Notes under the pieces: generated by a model
Databases searched by the model: none
What the model was told of the DNA's origin: nothing
Seen by the model: only the letters and a program-made list of their open reading frames with translations
NCBI GenBank assembly: GCA_038087875.1
Contig: CM075989.1
Span: 3,782,001 to 3,846,000, forward strand
DNA length: 64,000 nucleotides
From: Malacoraja senta
Taxonomy: Eukaryota
Direction of reading: 5' to 3'
Position numbers and translations under genes: made by a program
Shown: positions 46,900 through 59,620 of the stretch, piece by piece
Position numbering within the stretch: the stretch's first letter is position 1
Layout of the letters: each line of letters opens with the position of its first letter

Positions 46900-47686
46900 A
46901 GTACCCCATTCCTGCCTTCTTCCCATATCCCCTGACTCCGCTATTTTTAAGAGCCCTATCTAACTCTCGAAAGTATCCAGAGAACCGGCCTCCACCGCCC
47001 TCTGAGGCAGAGAATTCCACACTCACAACTCTCTGTGAGAAAAAGTGTTTCCTCATCTCCGTTCTAATGGCTTACTCCTTATTCTTAAACTGTGGCCCCT
47101 GGTTCTGGACTCCCCCAACATCGGGAACATGTTTCCTGCCTCTAGCGTGTCAAAACCCTTAGCAATCTTATATGTTTCAATAAGATACCCTCTCATCCTT
47201 CTAAACTCCAGAGTGTACAAGCCTAGCCACACCATTCTCTCAGCATATGAGTGTCACGCCATCCCGGGAATTAACCTTGTAAACCTACGCTGCACTCCCT
47301 CAATAGCAAGAATGTCCATCCTCAAATTAGGGGACCAAAACTGCACACAATACTCCAGGTGTGGTCTCACTAGGGCCCTGTACAACTGCAGAAGGACCTA
47401 TTTGCTCCTATACTCGACTCCTCTTGTTATAAAGGTCAACATGCCATTTGCTTTCTTCACTGCCTGCTGTACCTGCATGCTTACTTTCATAGACTGATGA
47501 ACAAGGACCCCTAGATCCTGTTGTACTTCCCCTTTCCCAACTTGACACCATTTAGATAGTAATCTGCCTTCCTGTTTTTGATACCAAAGTGGATAACCTC
47601 ACATTCATCCACATTAAACTCCATCTGCCATGCTCCCCTCCACTCCCCCCAACCTGTCCAAGTCACCCTGCATTCTCATAGCATCA
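46900..47686 (-). mobile_element. CR1/HER1 LINE 3' fragment
   Basis: LGLYTLEFRRMRG.LIETYKI; similar to 34621-35737. Confidence 0.9.
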
Positions 47687-47754
47687 GGTGTTGCATCCCC
47701 TGTGGTTGCAGGGGAAAGTGCCTGGGGAGTCAGTGGTTTGACTGGGAAGCATGA

Positions 47755-48535
47755 ATTAATTTGATTTTGATTTGATCTGATTTAATTTATTGTCATTGTC
47801 TTCAATGAAGAGACAACAAAATTATTTTTCCCTTACAGTCATACAAAAAAAATAAAATTAAATTAAAAAAAAAATAAAAAACACAGAAACACAGAACACA
47901 GTAGTCCACAACACAAACATTCCCACAGCGCCACCAAAGTTCCCCACTGTGAGGGAAGGAACCAAAGTCCAGTCAACCTCCTCGCTGATGTTCCCCAATG
48001 TTCACCCGTGGTCGGGGCGTCCCGTGCACCCCGTAGTCGCCGCCACGGGCGGCCCGATGTACAGGCCCTCTCGCCGGGAACCTCTCATCGGCCACCTTCC
48101 ACCGGAGTCCGCGGCTCCCGATGTCCACAGGCTGCGCTGGGCGGAGATTCGCACTGGCGACCCCCACGTTGGGAGCTCCGCACCCACAGCTCCGCGATGT
48201 CCCAAGCGGCGATCCAAGGAAGGCCTCGCCCGCTCCGCGATATTTCCCAGTGCCTTGCCGCCGCTGCTGAAGGTCTGGTCGGATCTGGCAGGAAAGGCCG
48301 CGCCAATCCCAGTTGGTAGGCCGCGAGGGGGCGGCGAGGACGCGACTCGGATAATGGCCGCATCCTCGCCAGGAAACGACTGAAGGACGGTTCCCCCCTT
48401 ACCCTACCCGCTTCCCCCCACATAAAATGATGAAAAAAATACTGAAAAAAAACTAAAAGACACACTCTAAACATAACAAAATAAAAAAGACAGCCAGATC
48501 GTGGGAGTAGGCAGCTAGCAACAGCGCCACTGGAT
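47755..48535 (-). mobile_element. Non-coding GC-rich retroposon-like element
   Basis: Tail gacaataaatt(aaatc)n on the minus strand; layout shared with 22222-22885. Confidence 0.55.
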
Positions 48536-48544
48536 GTCCCAGCC

Positions 48545-50222
48545 TTATTAAGCAGAGCGTTGCAGAGGGAGCACTCCCTGCAGAAGGCGGAAATGTGTGG
48601 AAATGGGGAGATGTAATTCTTGGTGGGACGGAAATGTTGGAAGATAATGTGTTGGGTGCGAAGGCTGGTGGGGTGAAAGGTGAGGACCAGGAGAGCGGAG
48701 TCCTTGTGTCGGTGGGGCGAGGGGGGGGTTGAGTGGGAGCGAGAACAGAACTACGGGGAAAAAGAGGAGACATGTGTGAGGGCCTCATCCGTGACAGAAC
48801 GTGAGAGCCCTGAAGAATGAGGACATCTCGGATGTCCTAGTATAGAATATTGGGAGGAGATGGGGCAGAAATGGAGGAATTGAAAGTAGGGAGTAGCATC
48901 TTTGCAAGAGGCAGGATGGTAAGAAGGGTAGTTCAGATAACTGTGGGCGTCGGTAGATTTTATAATAGATAGACCAAGTGGGCCCTGTCCCCCAACGCGG
49001 CGGGGGGTGGGGCGGCGTCACACGGGAGGGCTGGTCCCTGAACGTGGTGTCGGCGCTCACCCTGGAGACAGACGCCCCCCCGTAGCCAATCATCCCCATC
49101 ACCCATTCCCCCAATGTAACCCGTCGCCCAACGCAATATTCCACCACTCACCCATAGTCCCCAACTGCGCAGGCATGGCTCATTTCCCCTCATCCCCCAA
49201 CACTCCCTCCCCCTCCTCTTCACCCTCCCTCTTCTCTCCCTCACCTCTTCCCCTCCACTCCCTCCTTCACCTCTCCTTCCCTCTCCTTTCCCCTACCCTC
49301 AGTCACTCCCTATCCTCAGTCACTCCCTATCCTCAGTCACTCCCTCCCACCCTCCATAACCTCTCTCCCCTCCCTCCCCCCTGACTCATTGGGTCCCGTT
49401 TCCCCAACGCAACCCGTTCCCCCAATGCAATAAATCCTTCCCATTTGGGTGGGGAGGGGAGGGGGGGGAATTCAGTCGGCGCTTCCCAGAGCCAATGAAT
49501 GGGCTAGACTTTTGGGTTGGCGTCGGCGCTCCCTTGAGCCAATCAATCCTTCCCGGGGGGCAGTGGGCACTTCCCGGAGTCAGTGAATTGACTCGACTTT
49601 TGGGTCGGCGCTCCCTGGAGGCAATGAAACCTTCCCATATGGGGGGGGGGGGCAAAAATCTCACTCTCTCCTTACTCCCCTTGATGCTGCTGATCCCATT
49701 GTCTCTCTGTCACCTCTCCCCCCTCTCCTTTCCCTACCCTCAGTCACTCCCTCCCTCATCTCTCCCCTTTCGCACTCCCCCACTAAAGACAATGTTTAAA
49801 CATAGCTTGTGTAATGGCAGCAGAGATCACATTGTGATGTCATTTTTGGTTGTCGGAATGTTCATGGCAGCGTATGTAAATGAGATGCCATTGTGATTGG
49901 AGGACTTTGAGATGCCATTGTGACCACTGGAAGCTGCAAGAAATCTCAGCAGTCACAGTTATTATTCTCAAAGTTGGCTTTTTTAATGTGAATAACTTGT
50001 GAAATATAACATCAATCTGAACTAAACTTTATACAAATGACCACGAGACAAAGGTGAGTAAGGTGGTGCAAAAATGTTCGCAGTATTGTGTACCGTTGAT
50101 GCTCCATCGATAGTCTGTCTGCTGTGATGGAGACAGAGGATCGAAAAAGGGAAGAGAGGTGTCCAAGCTTGTCCAAATGAATTTGAGGGCAGGATGGAAG
50201 TTAGTGGTGAAGTTAATAATGC
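48545..50222 (-). mobile_element. Penelope-like RT/linker remnants (48545-48965 and 50098-50222) split by an insertion
   Basis: Translates FTTNFHPALKFIWT, TDAHSYLNY..HPASCKD and LVLTFHPTSL. Confidence 0.75.
48966..50097 (-). mobile_element. Helitron-like element C (relative of A and B, truncated)
   Basis: tagaccaagtggg terminus resembles ctagactaagtggg; 49980-50097 resembles 4880-4990 (ataactt..aaactt..gagtaaggtgg). Confidence 0.55.
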
Positions 50223-50231
50223 CTATGTTCT

Positions 50232-51720
50232 CATAAGATCGTAAGTGATAGGAGCAGAATTAGGCCATTCGGCCCATCAAGTCTGCCATTCAATCATGGC
50301 TAATCTATCTCTCCCTCCGAACCCCATTCTCCTGCTTTCTCCCTATAACCTCTGACACCTGTACTTAGGTATGTTACAAAACTTACCTTCAGTCGCGCTG
50401 TAATTGTGCCACTGGCCGTGTGCGTGATGTTGGCGCCTTTAAGGGGGGGCGGGGTTAAAACGCGGGTTTCTCCTCCCTTGTCCTGGTTAATATTTTGTTG
50501 GAGTACAAGCCTTGGCTGACAAATCGTTCCTAGTGGCGATTTGTGTATTTTTTATTTTTATTAAATCGTCAATGTCAGCGCTAGAGTAATTTTAAAATCA
50601 GCTCCTGAAGCGTCAACGCCGATAACGGGGACGGATTTCACACACGGGACAGGTAAACGAAAGTGGTTTCTTTAAATGTATAAAAGTGCTTCTTAAGAAG
50701 CCTTTAATTCACATTTTTTCATGCGACACGGTGATTTTATTCCCCGAACTAACGGCAGTATTTTTCATGCCAATACGGGGTTAAATTCACCGCAAATGAA
50801 CGTTCCAAAAGATTGCGTTCCAGAAATCCTCACTCACAAGATGATTTAAATCCCCATTAATTTACAGGTATTAAACATTCAATTTCTTCCATTTGGCCTG
50901 TAAATTCATGAAAATTAGATTTAAAAATTATGTTATATTGTGAATTATTGTGTGAATGTTATTTGGACACTTAGGCTATTTAAAAATGTTAATCTATTCT
51001 TAAGAAATTGATAGGTGTTTAGATCTGGTAATTGAATTTTGTAATTAGCTACAATTAGGTAACTAACTAATTATATGCTTTACTTTCATGTCTTCGAAGT
51101 AAGATTGTTTCATATTTGTTTCAGAATGCTTCAATCTATAATAACTGAAAATTTCTTTCAGTTATCATAATTGTTAAGAAAGTTATGGGGTTTTAACTGT
51201 CCTCGATCACAGCTTTTGTGTTAAGTCAATGGAAAAGCAATAGGGTGCTTATGGATGCTAATTTCTGAGTATGATAATGGCCATAACTTTTTTAATACTG
51301 AAGATATGAAAGTGAATTAAGTGTCAAATTAAACTTCTTTTTATGCTTTATCTGATGGGATAAATTGCAGACTTTATTTTTAAAATCTCAAAATTTTGTA
51401 ACATTGCTACTGTACTAATCAAAAATATATCTATCTCTGCCTTAAATATATCCACTGACGGCCTCCACAACCTTCTGTGGCAAAGAATTCCACAGATTCA
51501 CCACCCTCTGACTAAAGAAATTCCTCCTCATCTCCTTCTTAAAATAATGTCCTTTAATTCTGAGGATATGACCTCTAGCCCTAGACTCTCCCACTAGTGG
51601 AAACATCCTCTTCACATCCACTCTATCCAAGCCTTTCACTATTCTGTGTGTTTCAATGAGGTCCCCCCCTCATTCTTCTAAACTCCAGCAAGTACAGGCC
51701 CAGTGCCGTCAAACGCTCTG
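50232..51720 (-). mobile_element. CR1 3' fragment split by a DNA transposon
   Basis: MKGLDRVDVKRMFPLVGESR..NFFSQRVVNLWNSLP; tail at 50232-50365. Confidence 0.8.
50366..51409. mobile_element. Non-autonomous TIR DNA transposon (hAT- or P-like)
   Basis: TIR TAGGTATGTTACAAAA / TTTTGTAACATTGCTA; direct repeat CTGTACT at 50359-50365 and 51410-51416. Confidence 0.8.
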
Positions 51721-51859
51721 TTCTGCACCGGTGCAGTCAATGCAGCCGTCGAGAGATATTGCCAGATATTACCTGAAATAAAGACCGTTCGACATACCTG
51801 ACAAAAAGGCAGGCATAGCTGGGGACCATGCGAGTGCCCATGGCAACAACTTTGATTTG

Positions 51860-52122
51860 AAGAATGAGATGAGAAACAACTTTTTCACCCAGAGAGTTGT
51901 GAATCTGTGGAATTCTCTGCCACAGAAGGCAGTGGAGGCCAATTCACTGGATGTTTCCAAGAGAGAGTAAGATTTAGCTCTTAGGGATAATGGAATCAAG
52001 GGATATGGGGAGAAAGAAGGAATGGGATACTGATTTAGGATGATCAGCCATGATCATATTGATTGGCAGTGCTGGCTCGAAGGGCTGAATGGCCTACTCC
52101 TGCACCTATTTTGTATGTTTCT
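51860..52122 (+). mobile_element. CR1/HER1 3' fragment
   Basis: agagagttgtgaatctgtggaattctctgccacag...gaatggcctactcctgcacc. Confidence 0.85.
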
Positions 52123-52360
52123 GAGAAAGTCAAGGGAGATGTTGTTGAAATTGACCCTTCTTCAGACTGATTGTAGTCGGGGGACGGGGCGGGGGAATAA
52201 AGCTGGAAGAGAGGAGGGGACATGAGATAGCCTGGTCGGTGATACATTGATAAAGTAAGGGAACTTTATGATGGTCCTGTTGACAAAGGCCACAGATGAT
52301 AAGACAGAAAATGTGAACAAAAAGATTGAAGAATTGCAAATTGTGAAGCCGGAGGAAGGA

Positions 52361-55300
52361 TGCGATTGCGACTGGGGAGACTTTAAACTAGAATGGTTGG
52401 GGGGAGTGACTCAAATAGAGAATGCTATTAGACAGTGTGTGAGGCAGGAGGCAGAGAAGGAAAGCACTCAGACCCAACATGTAGGGGGGAAAGAAGAAAA
52501 CAATAAAAAACAGAGAATAAGAGGTGGTGGGGTTCTTAAATGGGTGAGCAGAGAAACAGAGGGGTGCAAAATGCGGGCGGAAGCAATAGGTAGCAAGGTG
52601 AAAAGTAAAAGTGGCAGGCAGACAAATCCAGGGCAAAAATCAAAAAGAGCCACTTTCCAACATAATTGTATAAGGGGTAAGAGCGTTGTAAAAACAAGCC
52701 TGAAGGCTTTGTGTCTCAATGCAAGGAGCATTCGTAATAAGGTCGATGAGTTGAACGTGCAGATAGCAATTAATGATTATGATATAGTTGGGATCACGGA
52801 GACATGGCTCCAGGGTGACCAAGGCTGGGAGCTGAACATCCAGGGATATTCAATATTCAGGAGGGATAGAGAGAAAGGAAAAGGAGGTGGGGTAGCGTTG
52901 CTGGTTAGAGAGGAGATTAACGCAGTGGAAAGGAAGGACATTAGCTTGGAGGATGTGGAATCGGTATGGGTAGAGCTACGAAACACTAAGGGGCAGAAAA
53001 CGCTGGTGGGTGTTGTGTGCAGGCCACCTAGCAGTAGTAGTGAAGTTGGGGATGGCATCAAACAGGAAATTAGAAATGCGTGCAACAAAGGTAAAACAGT
53101 TATAATGGGTGACTTCAATCTACATATAGATTGGGTGAATCAAATTGGCAGGGGTGCTGAGGAAGAGGATTTCTTGGAATGTATGAGGGATAGTTATCTA
53201 AACCAACATGTAGAGGAACCAACGAGAGAGCAGGCTATTCTAGACTGGGTATTGAGTAATGAGGAAGGGTTAGTTAGCAGACTTGTTGTGCGTGCCCCCT
53301 TGGGCAAGAGTGACCATAATATGGTTGAGTTCTTCATTAGGATGGAGAGTGACATTGTTAATTCAGAAACAACGGTTCTGAACTTAAAGAAAGGTAACTT
53401 TGAGGGTATGAGACGTGAATTGGCCAAGATTGACTGGCAATTAGTTCTAAAAGGGTTGACGGTGGATATGCAATGGAAGGCATTTAAAGACTGCATGGAT
53501 GAACTACAACAAATGTTCATCCCAGTTTGGCAAAAGAATAAATCAGGGAAGGTAGTGCATCCGTGGATAAAAAAGGAAAATCAGGGATAGTATCAAAGCA
53601 AAAGATGTTGCGTACAAATTAGCCAGAAAAAGCAGCATACCAGAGGACTGGGAGAAATTCAGAGACCAGCAGAGGAGGACAAAGCGCTTAATTAGGAAAG
53701 GGAAAATAGATTATGAAAGGAAACTGGCAGGGAACATAAAAACTGACTGCAAAAGTTTTTATAGATATGTGAAGAGAAAGAGATTAGTTAAAACAAATGT
53801 AGGTCCCTTGCAGTCAGAAACAGGTGAATTGATCATGGGGAACAAGGATATGGCGGACCAATTGAATAACTACTTTGGTTCTGTCTTCACTAAGGAAGAC
53901 ATAAATAATCTGCCGGAAATAGCAGGGGACCGGGGGTTAAATGAGATGGAGGAACTGAGTGAAACCAGGTTAGTCGGGAAGTGGTGTTGGGTAAATTGAA
54001 TGGATTAAAGGCCGATAAATCACCAGGGCCAGATAGGCTGCATCCCAGAGTACTTAAGGAAGTAGCTCCAGAAATAGTGGATGCATTAGTGATAATTTTT
54101 CAAAATTCTTTAGATTCTGGAGTAGTTCCTGAGGATTGGAGGGTAGCAAACGTAACCCCACTTTTTAAGAAGGGAGGGAGAGAGAAAACGGGGAATTACA
54201 GACCAGTTAGTCTAACATCGGTAGTGGGGAAACTGCTAGAGTCAGTTATTAAAGATGGGATAGCAGCACATTTGGAAAGTGGTGAAATCATTGGACAAAG
54301 TCAGCATGGATTTACGAAAGGTAAATCGTGTCTGACGAATCTTATAGAATTTTTCGAGGATGTAACTAGTAGAGTGGATAGGGGAGAACCAGTGGATGTG
54401 TTGTATCTGGACTTTCAGAAGGCTTTCGACAAGGTACCACATAAGAGATTAGGATACAAACTTAAATCACACGGTTCAGTATTGATGTGGATAGAGAACT
54501 GGCTGGCAAACAGGAAGCAAAGAGTAGGAGTAAACGGGTCCTTTTCACAATGGCAGGCAGTGACTAGTGGGGTACCGCAAGGCTCAGTGCTGGGACCCCA
54601 GCTATTTACAATTTATATTAATGATCTGGACGAGGGAATTGAAAGCAACATCTCCAAGTTTGCGGATGACACTAAGCTGGGGGGCAGTGTTAGCTGTGAG
54701 GAGGATGCTAGGAGACTGCAAGGTGACTTGGATAGGCTGGGTGAGTGGGCAAATGTTTGGCAGATGCAGTATAATGTGGATAAATGTGAGGTTATCCACT
54801 TTGGTGGCAAAAACGGGAAGGCAGACTATTATCTAAATGGTGGCCGATTAGGAAATGGGGAGGTGCAGCGAGACCTGGGTGTCATGGTACACCAGTCATT
54901 GAAAGTAGGCATGCAGGTGCAGCAGGCAGTGAAGAAAGCGAATGGTATGTTGGCCTTCATAGCAAGAGGATTTGAGTATAGGAGCAGGGAGGTTCTACTG
55001 CAGTTGTACAGGGTCTTGGTGAGACCACACCTGGAGTATTGCGTACAGTTTTGGTCTCCAAATCTGAGGAAGGACATTATAGCCATAGAGGGAGTGCAGA
55101 GAAGGTTCACCAGACTGATTCCTGGGATGTCAGGACTTTCATATGAAGAAAAACTGGATAGACTTGGCTTATACTCGCTAGAATTTAGGAGATTGAGAGG
55201 GGATCTTATAGAAACGTACAAAATTCTTATGGGGTTGGACAGGCTAGATGCAGGAAGATTGTTCCCAATGTTGGGGAAGTCCAGGACAAGGGGTCACAGC

Positions 55301-55598
55301 TTAAGGATAAGGGGGAAATCCTTTAAGACCGAGATGAGGAAAAACCTTTTCACACAGAGAGTGGTGAATCTCTGGAACTCTCTGCCACAGAGGGTAGTTG
55401 AGGCCAGTTCATTGGCTATATTTAAGAGGGAGTTAGATGTGGCCCTTGTGGCTAAAGGGATCAGGGGATATGGAGAGAAGGCAGGTACGGGATACTGAGT
55501 TGGATGATCAGCCATGATCATATTGAATGGCGGTGCAGGCTCGAAGGGCCGAATGGCCTACTCCTGCACCTATTTTCTATGTATCTATGTATCTATGT
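52361..55598 (+). mobile_element. Young CR1/HER1 LINE with essentially complete ORF2 (APE endonuclease + RT), two frameshifts
   Basis: NARSI..ITETWL, GDFN, SDH (APE); QHGF, YLDFQKAFD, FADD (RT); (tctatgta)n tail. Confidence 0.96.
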
Positions 55599-55847
55599 GA
55601 AGCTGAAGGAAGGAATAAAGGTGTGCCCCTGATATTCAAACCAAACCTTCACGGCCCCTAGCCCTCTGGCACCAACCTTTGAACATCTAAGCTGCTCCCA
55701 CCCTGGTTACCTGTTGATTAAAATCTGAAGAGTGTGAGTTTGAAGAAGGGTCCTGACCTGAAATGTCATCTGTCTGTTCCCACCAGAGATGCAGCCTGAC
55801 CCGCTGAGTTATTCCAGCACTGTAGATTTAAGGCTTTATGGCACTAG

Positions 55848-56020
55848 AGGGCGGCACAGTGGTAGAGTCGACGCCTTACAGCGTCAGAGACCTGGGTTCA
55901 ATCTTGACTATAGGTGCTGTCCAAACACATGGAGGTGTGTAGGTTAATTTGCCTCTGTATATTGTCCCAAATGTGTTGACTAGAACTGGTGTACAGGTGA
56001 TCATTGGTCCGTGCGGTCTT
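55848..56020 (+). mobile_element. Deleted HE1-like V-SINE
   Basis: Head gggcggcacagtggtagag, B box ggttcaatc. Confidence 0.7.
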
Positions 56021-56021
56021 G

Positions 56022-56930
56022 GTAATAGTAATAGTAATAGTAATAGTAACTTTATTGTCAATTCAAATAATGCAACAAGTAGTTACACAGAGGATTGAAA
56101 TTGCGTTTCCCCATACTCCAATGTGCAAGTAATACAGACAGACAGTATACCAATAAAAATAGACAATGGACATATACATTATATAAAATATTCATTAATA
56201 AAAGGTGCAATATAGAAAAGTGCAAATAGCATACTGCAGACATTGGGTTAAAGTTAATTTGACAGTCAGTTGGTCTTTGTGTAATGTTCATGGAATTTTC
56301 TTGAGTGTGTTGAGTAGTCTGATGGCCTGAGGGAAAAAGCTGTTTTTGAATCTTGTGGTTTTGCTCCGCATGCTGCGGTAGCGCTTGCCGGATGGTAGGA
56401 GGGTGAACAGTTTGTGTGCTGGGTGGGTGGTGTCTTTGATGATATTGGTTGCTCTCTTGAGACAGCGAGATGGGTATAAGTCTTGAATTGCTGGTTGGGG
56501 TGATCTAGTGATCTTCTCCGCTGTCCTCACCACTCTCTGTAGGGCCTTCTAGTCAGCAGCAGAACAACTGCCATACCAGACTGAGAGACTGCTGGTAAGA
56601 ATGCTCTCAATGGTACCCCTGTAAAATGTTGTGAGGGCAGAAGGGGGGAGGTCGGCTCTCCTCATCCGTCGAAGGAAGTGGAAGCGTTGCTGTGCTTTCT
56701 TGACTAGGGAGATGGTGTTGGTGGACCATGTCTGATCATCTGTGATGTGTACTCCCAGGAACTTGGTGCTTTTCACAGACTCCACTGCACTGCCATTTAT
56801 GGTGAGTGGGGTGTGTGCTGCCTGTTTCTTCCTGAAGTCCACAGTTATTTCTTTCGTTTTATTGACATTGAGTTGAAGGTTATTGATGTCACACCAGTTG
56901 ATGAGTTGTTGTACCTCCTCTCTGTAGGCT
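56022..56930 (-). mobile_element. Rex1/Babar LINE 3' part
   Basis: KFLGVHI..KKAQQRFHFLRRMR..FYRGTIESIL..RFKNSFFPQAIRLLN; (TTACTA)n tail. Confidence 0.9.
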
Positions 56931-57014
56931 CAGTCTAGTTTCGAGTTACAGTGTGGACTGAAAGGCCTGTTTCCATACTGTAACTCGAAACTAGACTAAA
57001 CGTTGTGCTCTACA

Positions 57015-57370
57015 TTTAGAGTCATAGAGTGATACAGTGTGGAAACAGGCCCTTCGACCCAACTTGCCCACACCGGCCAACATGTCCCAGCTACACTAGT
57101 CCCACCGGCCTGCGCTTGGTCCATATCCCTCCAAACCTGTCCTATCTATGTACCTGTCTAACTGTTTCTTAAACATTGGGATAGTCCCAGCCTCAACTAC
57201 CTCCTCTGGCAGCTTGTTTCATACATCCACCACCCTTTGTGTGAAAAAGTTACCCCTCAGATTCCTATTATATCTTTTCCCCTTCACCTTGAACCTATGT
57301 CCTCTGGTCCTCGATACCCCTACTCTGGGCAAGAGACTCAGTGCATCTACCCGATCTATTCCTCTCATTT
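57015..57370 (-). mobile_element. CR1 LINE 3' fragment
   Basis: Reverse match to 9970-10350. Confidence 0.85.
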
Positions 57371-57655
57371 GCCTTCAAGTTCTGTGGTAAACTACTCCCT
57401 GAAATGTTTTTGCTGTTTTTCTCCCTCCACCACTGCACTGCATGGCCTGTTTTACCATTGTTTATTTCAGACAGCACTTCATCTGTTTTCTCTCCTAAGT
57501 TCAGTTCCCGAATTTCTAGACTTTGACAGTTCCAATCTGTATTTCCATATCCCTACATGATTCTGCATGTTGCCAATTCTGTAAACTCCTCCAGCCCTGC
57601 AACAAACCAGGATCTACGGACTCTTCAACTCAACCTTCCTGTAGAATTTCAAGGT

Positions 57656-57942
57656 TGGCATGGTCCTGCAGCAGTAGAATTGCTGCCTCACAGTGCCAGA
57701 GACCTGGATGCGATCCTGTCTACGGGTGCTGTCTGTACGGAGTTTGTTCATTTTCTCGTGAATTTTCTCTTGGATCTCTGGTTTCCTCTCACACTCCAAA
57801 GAAGTTTGTAGGTTAATTAGTTTGGTATAATTGTAAATTTTCCCCAGTGTGTTTCGAACTAGCTTTAGTGTGCGGGGATCGCTGGTCGACTTGGTGGGCC
57901 AAAGGGCCTGTTTCCGTGCTATATCTCTAAACTAAACTAAAC
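57656..57942 (+). mobile_element. HE1-like V-SINE
   Basis: Head, core and (ctaaa)n tail. Confidence 0.85.
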
Positions 57943-58174
57943 TCCACCTTTGGTGACGATGCCTTCAGTTGCTTGACAATAGACAATAGGTGCAGGAGTA
58001 GGCCATTCGGTCCTTCGAGCCAGCACCACCATTCACTGTGATCATCCACAATCAGTAACCCGTTCCTGCCTTCTCTCCATAATCCCTTAACTCTGCTATC
58101 CTTAAGAATATCTAACTCTTGGGCTCTTGGTGGTGGAGTCTTCAAGCCTAGCTTTCTGTCACGTCATTTAGCAC

Positions 58175-58463
58175 AGTGCTAAAAAACCTACCTCTTTGAC
58201 CAATCATTTGAAGGCAGTCGGAGGGGAGAGTGGACGCTGGCGCGTTTTCGCTGCCGCTGCTCTCTCCTCAAATTGTGTTTCTGATTTTCTTTTTTGTGTT
58301 TTTGGAAGGAATTCTGTCCCTGATTTGTGTATTGGCCTTTATAACTTATTTTTTTTATTCTGATTATTCTGATTATATGTTAACCATAAATTTCTGTAAG
58401 GTGTCCTTGAGACCTCGGTATAAGGCGCCCATAAATAAAATTCATTATTATTATTATTATTAT
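58175..58463 (+). mobile_element. Possible L2-type LINE 3' tail
   Basis: aaaaacctacctctttga..gtaaggtgtccttgag..aaggcgcccataaataaaat(tat)n. Confidence 0.45.
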
Positions 58464-59127
58464 CGTAAAACAGTCGCTTATTTCCACCGATACACGAAAC
58501 TGCAGATGCTGGAATCTTGAACAAAATACAAAGTACTGGAGAAACTCAGCAGGTCAGGCAGCATCTGAGGGTACAAACAAGGAACTGCAGATGCTGGTTT
58601 ACAAAAGAAGACATAAAGTGCTGCAGTAACTCAGTGGGTCAGACAGCATCTCTGGAGGACATGGATAGGTGACATTTTGGGTCAGGACCCTTCTTCATTT
58701 TATTTTTGACATTCGACTAAGCTCCACAAGGCAGCTGAGTCATTTTATTGTGTAATTATAACACCATATAAATGCAAATTGTTGTTTGACTGCATACAAG
58801 CACAAAATAGTCAAAGCGTCAAAATAGATTTGGAGAGATGCAAGTGAAATTTATCATGCTGAAAGCCCAGATCAGATCACACTTTGGGACGTCACGCCTG
58901 GGGGAGAATGGTCTCAAAGGGGCTTACAGGTCGAAATTAAATTACAACAGCATCTGGGTTAAAAGAGTGAAATATGGGGACAAACTGCACCTCTCAGGTT
59001 TATATTCAGTTGTCTGGACACTAAGCGGAATATAGATGCAAACATAATGTAAGAAAGGTGGAATTCAAACATAACATAGGAGATTAGGATGCATTTTGCA
59101 CTCAATTAATTAATAATATTAGAAGAC

Positions 59128-59340
59128 AGTCACAAAATGCTGGAGCAACTCAGCGAGATACACAGTATCTCTGGAGAAAAAGAACAGGTGACCTTTTGGG
59201 TCGAGACCCTTCGTCAGACTTGTTCCGTCCTGAAACGTCACCTATTCTTTTTCTCCAGAGATGCTGCCTGACCCGCTGAGTTACCCAAGCACTTTTTTTA
59301 ATCTATCTTTGGTATAAACCAGCACCAGCAGTTCCATCCT
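59128..59340. repeat. Penelope-derived fold-back repeat
   Basis: tctctggagaaaaagaacaggtgac inverted as gtcacctattctttttctccagaga. Confidence 0.8.
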
Positions 59341-59620
59341 ACTGCGAATATTTGAAGCTCTGTTCACAGAAATTGCTTGGTCAAGAGAGTTAGTTGAAAG
59401 ATGACATGATATTTTTTTCCATTGAGCAAACATATCGAGGCTGATGTATCCAATGGGTAGATGATACCCTAACTGAGTGACACAACAGGTTTGAGGAACC
59501 TCATTAATTGCAATCATTTAGTTAGTTAGTTTAGTTTAGAGTCAAGTGTACCTAAGTACAATGAAAAGCTTTTGTTGCGTGCTATCCAGTCAGCAGAAAG
59601 ATAATACATGATTACAATTG

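Noticed and set aside
52268..52360. N-terminal extension of the 440-aa endonuclease ORF
   Set aside because: Chance read-through from flanking repeat DNA; the LINE begins near 52361
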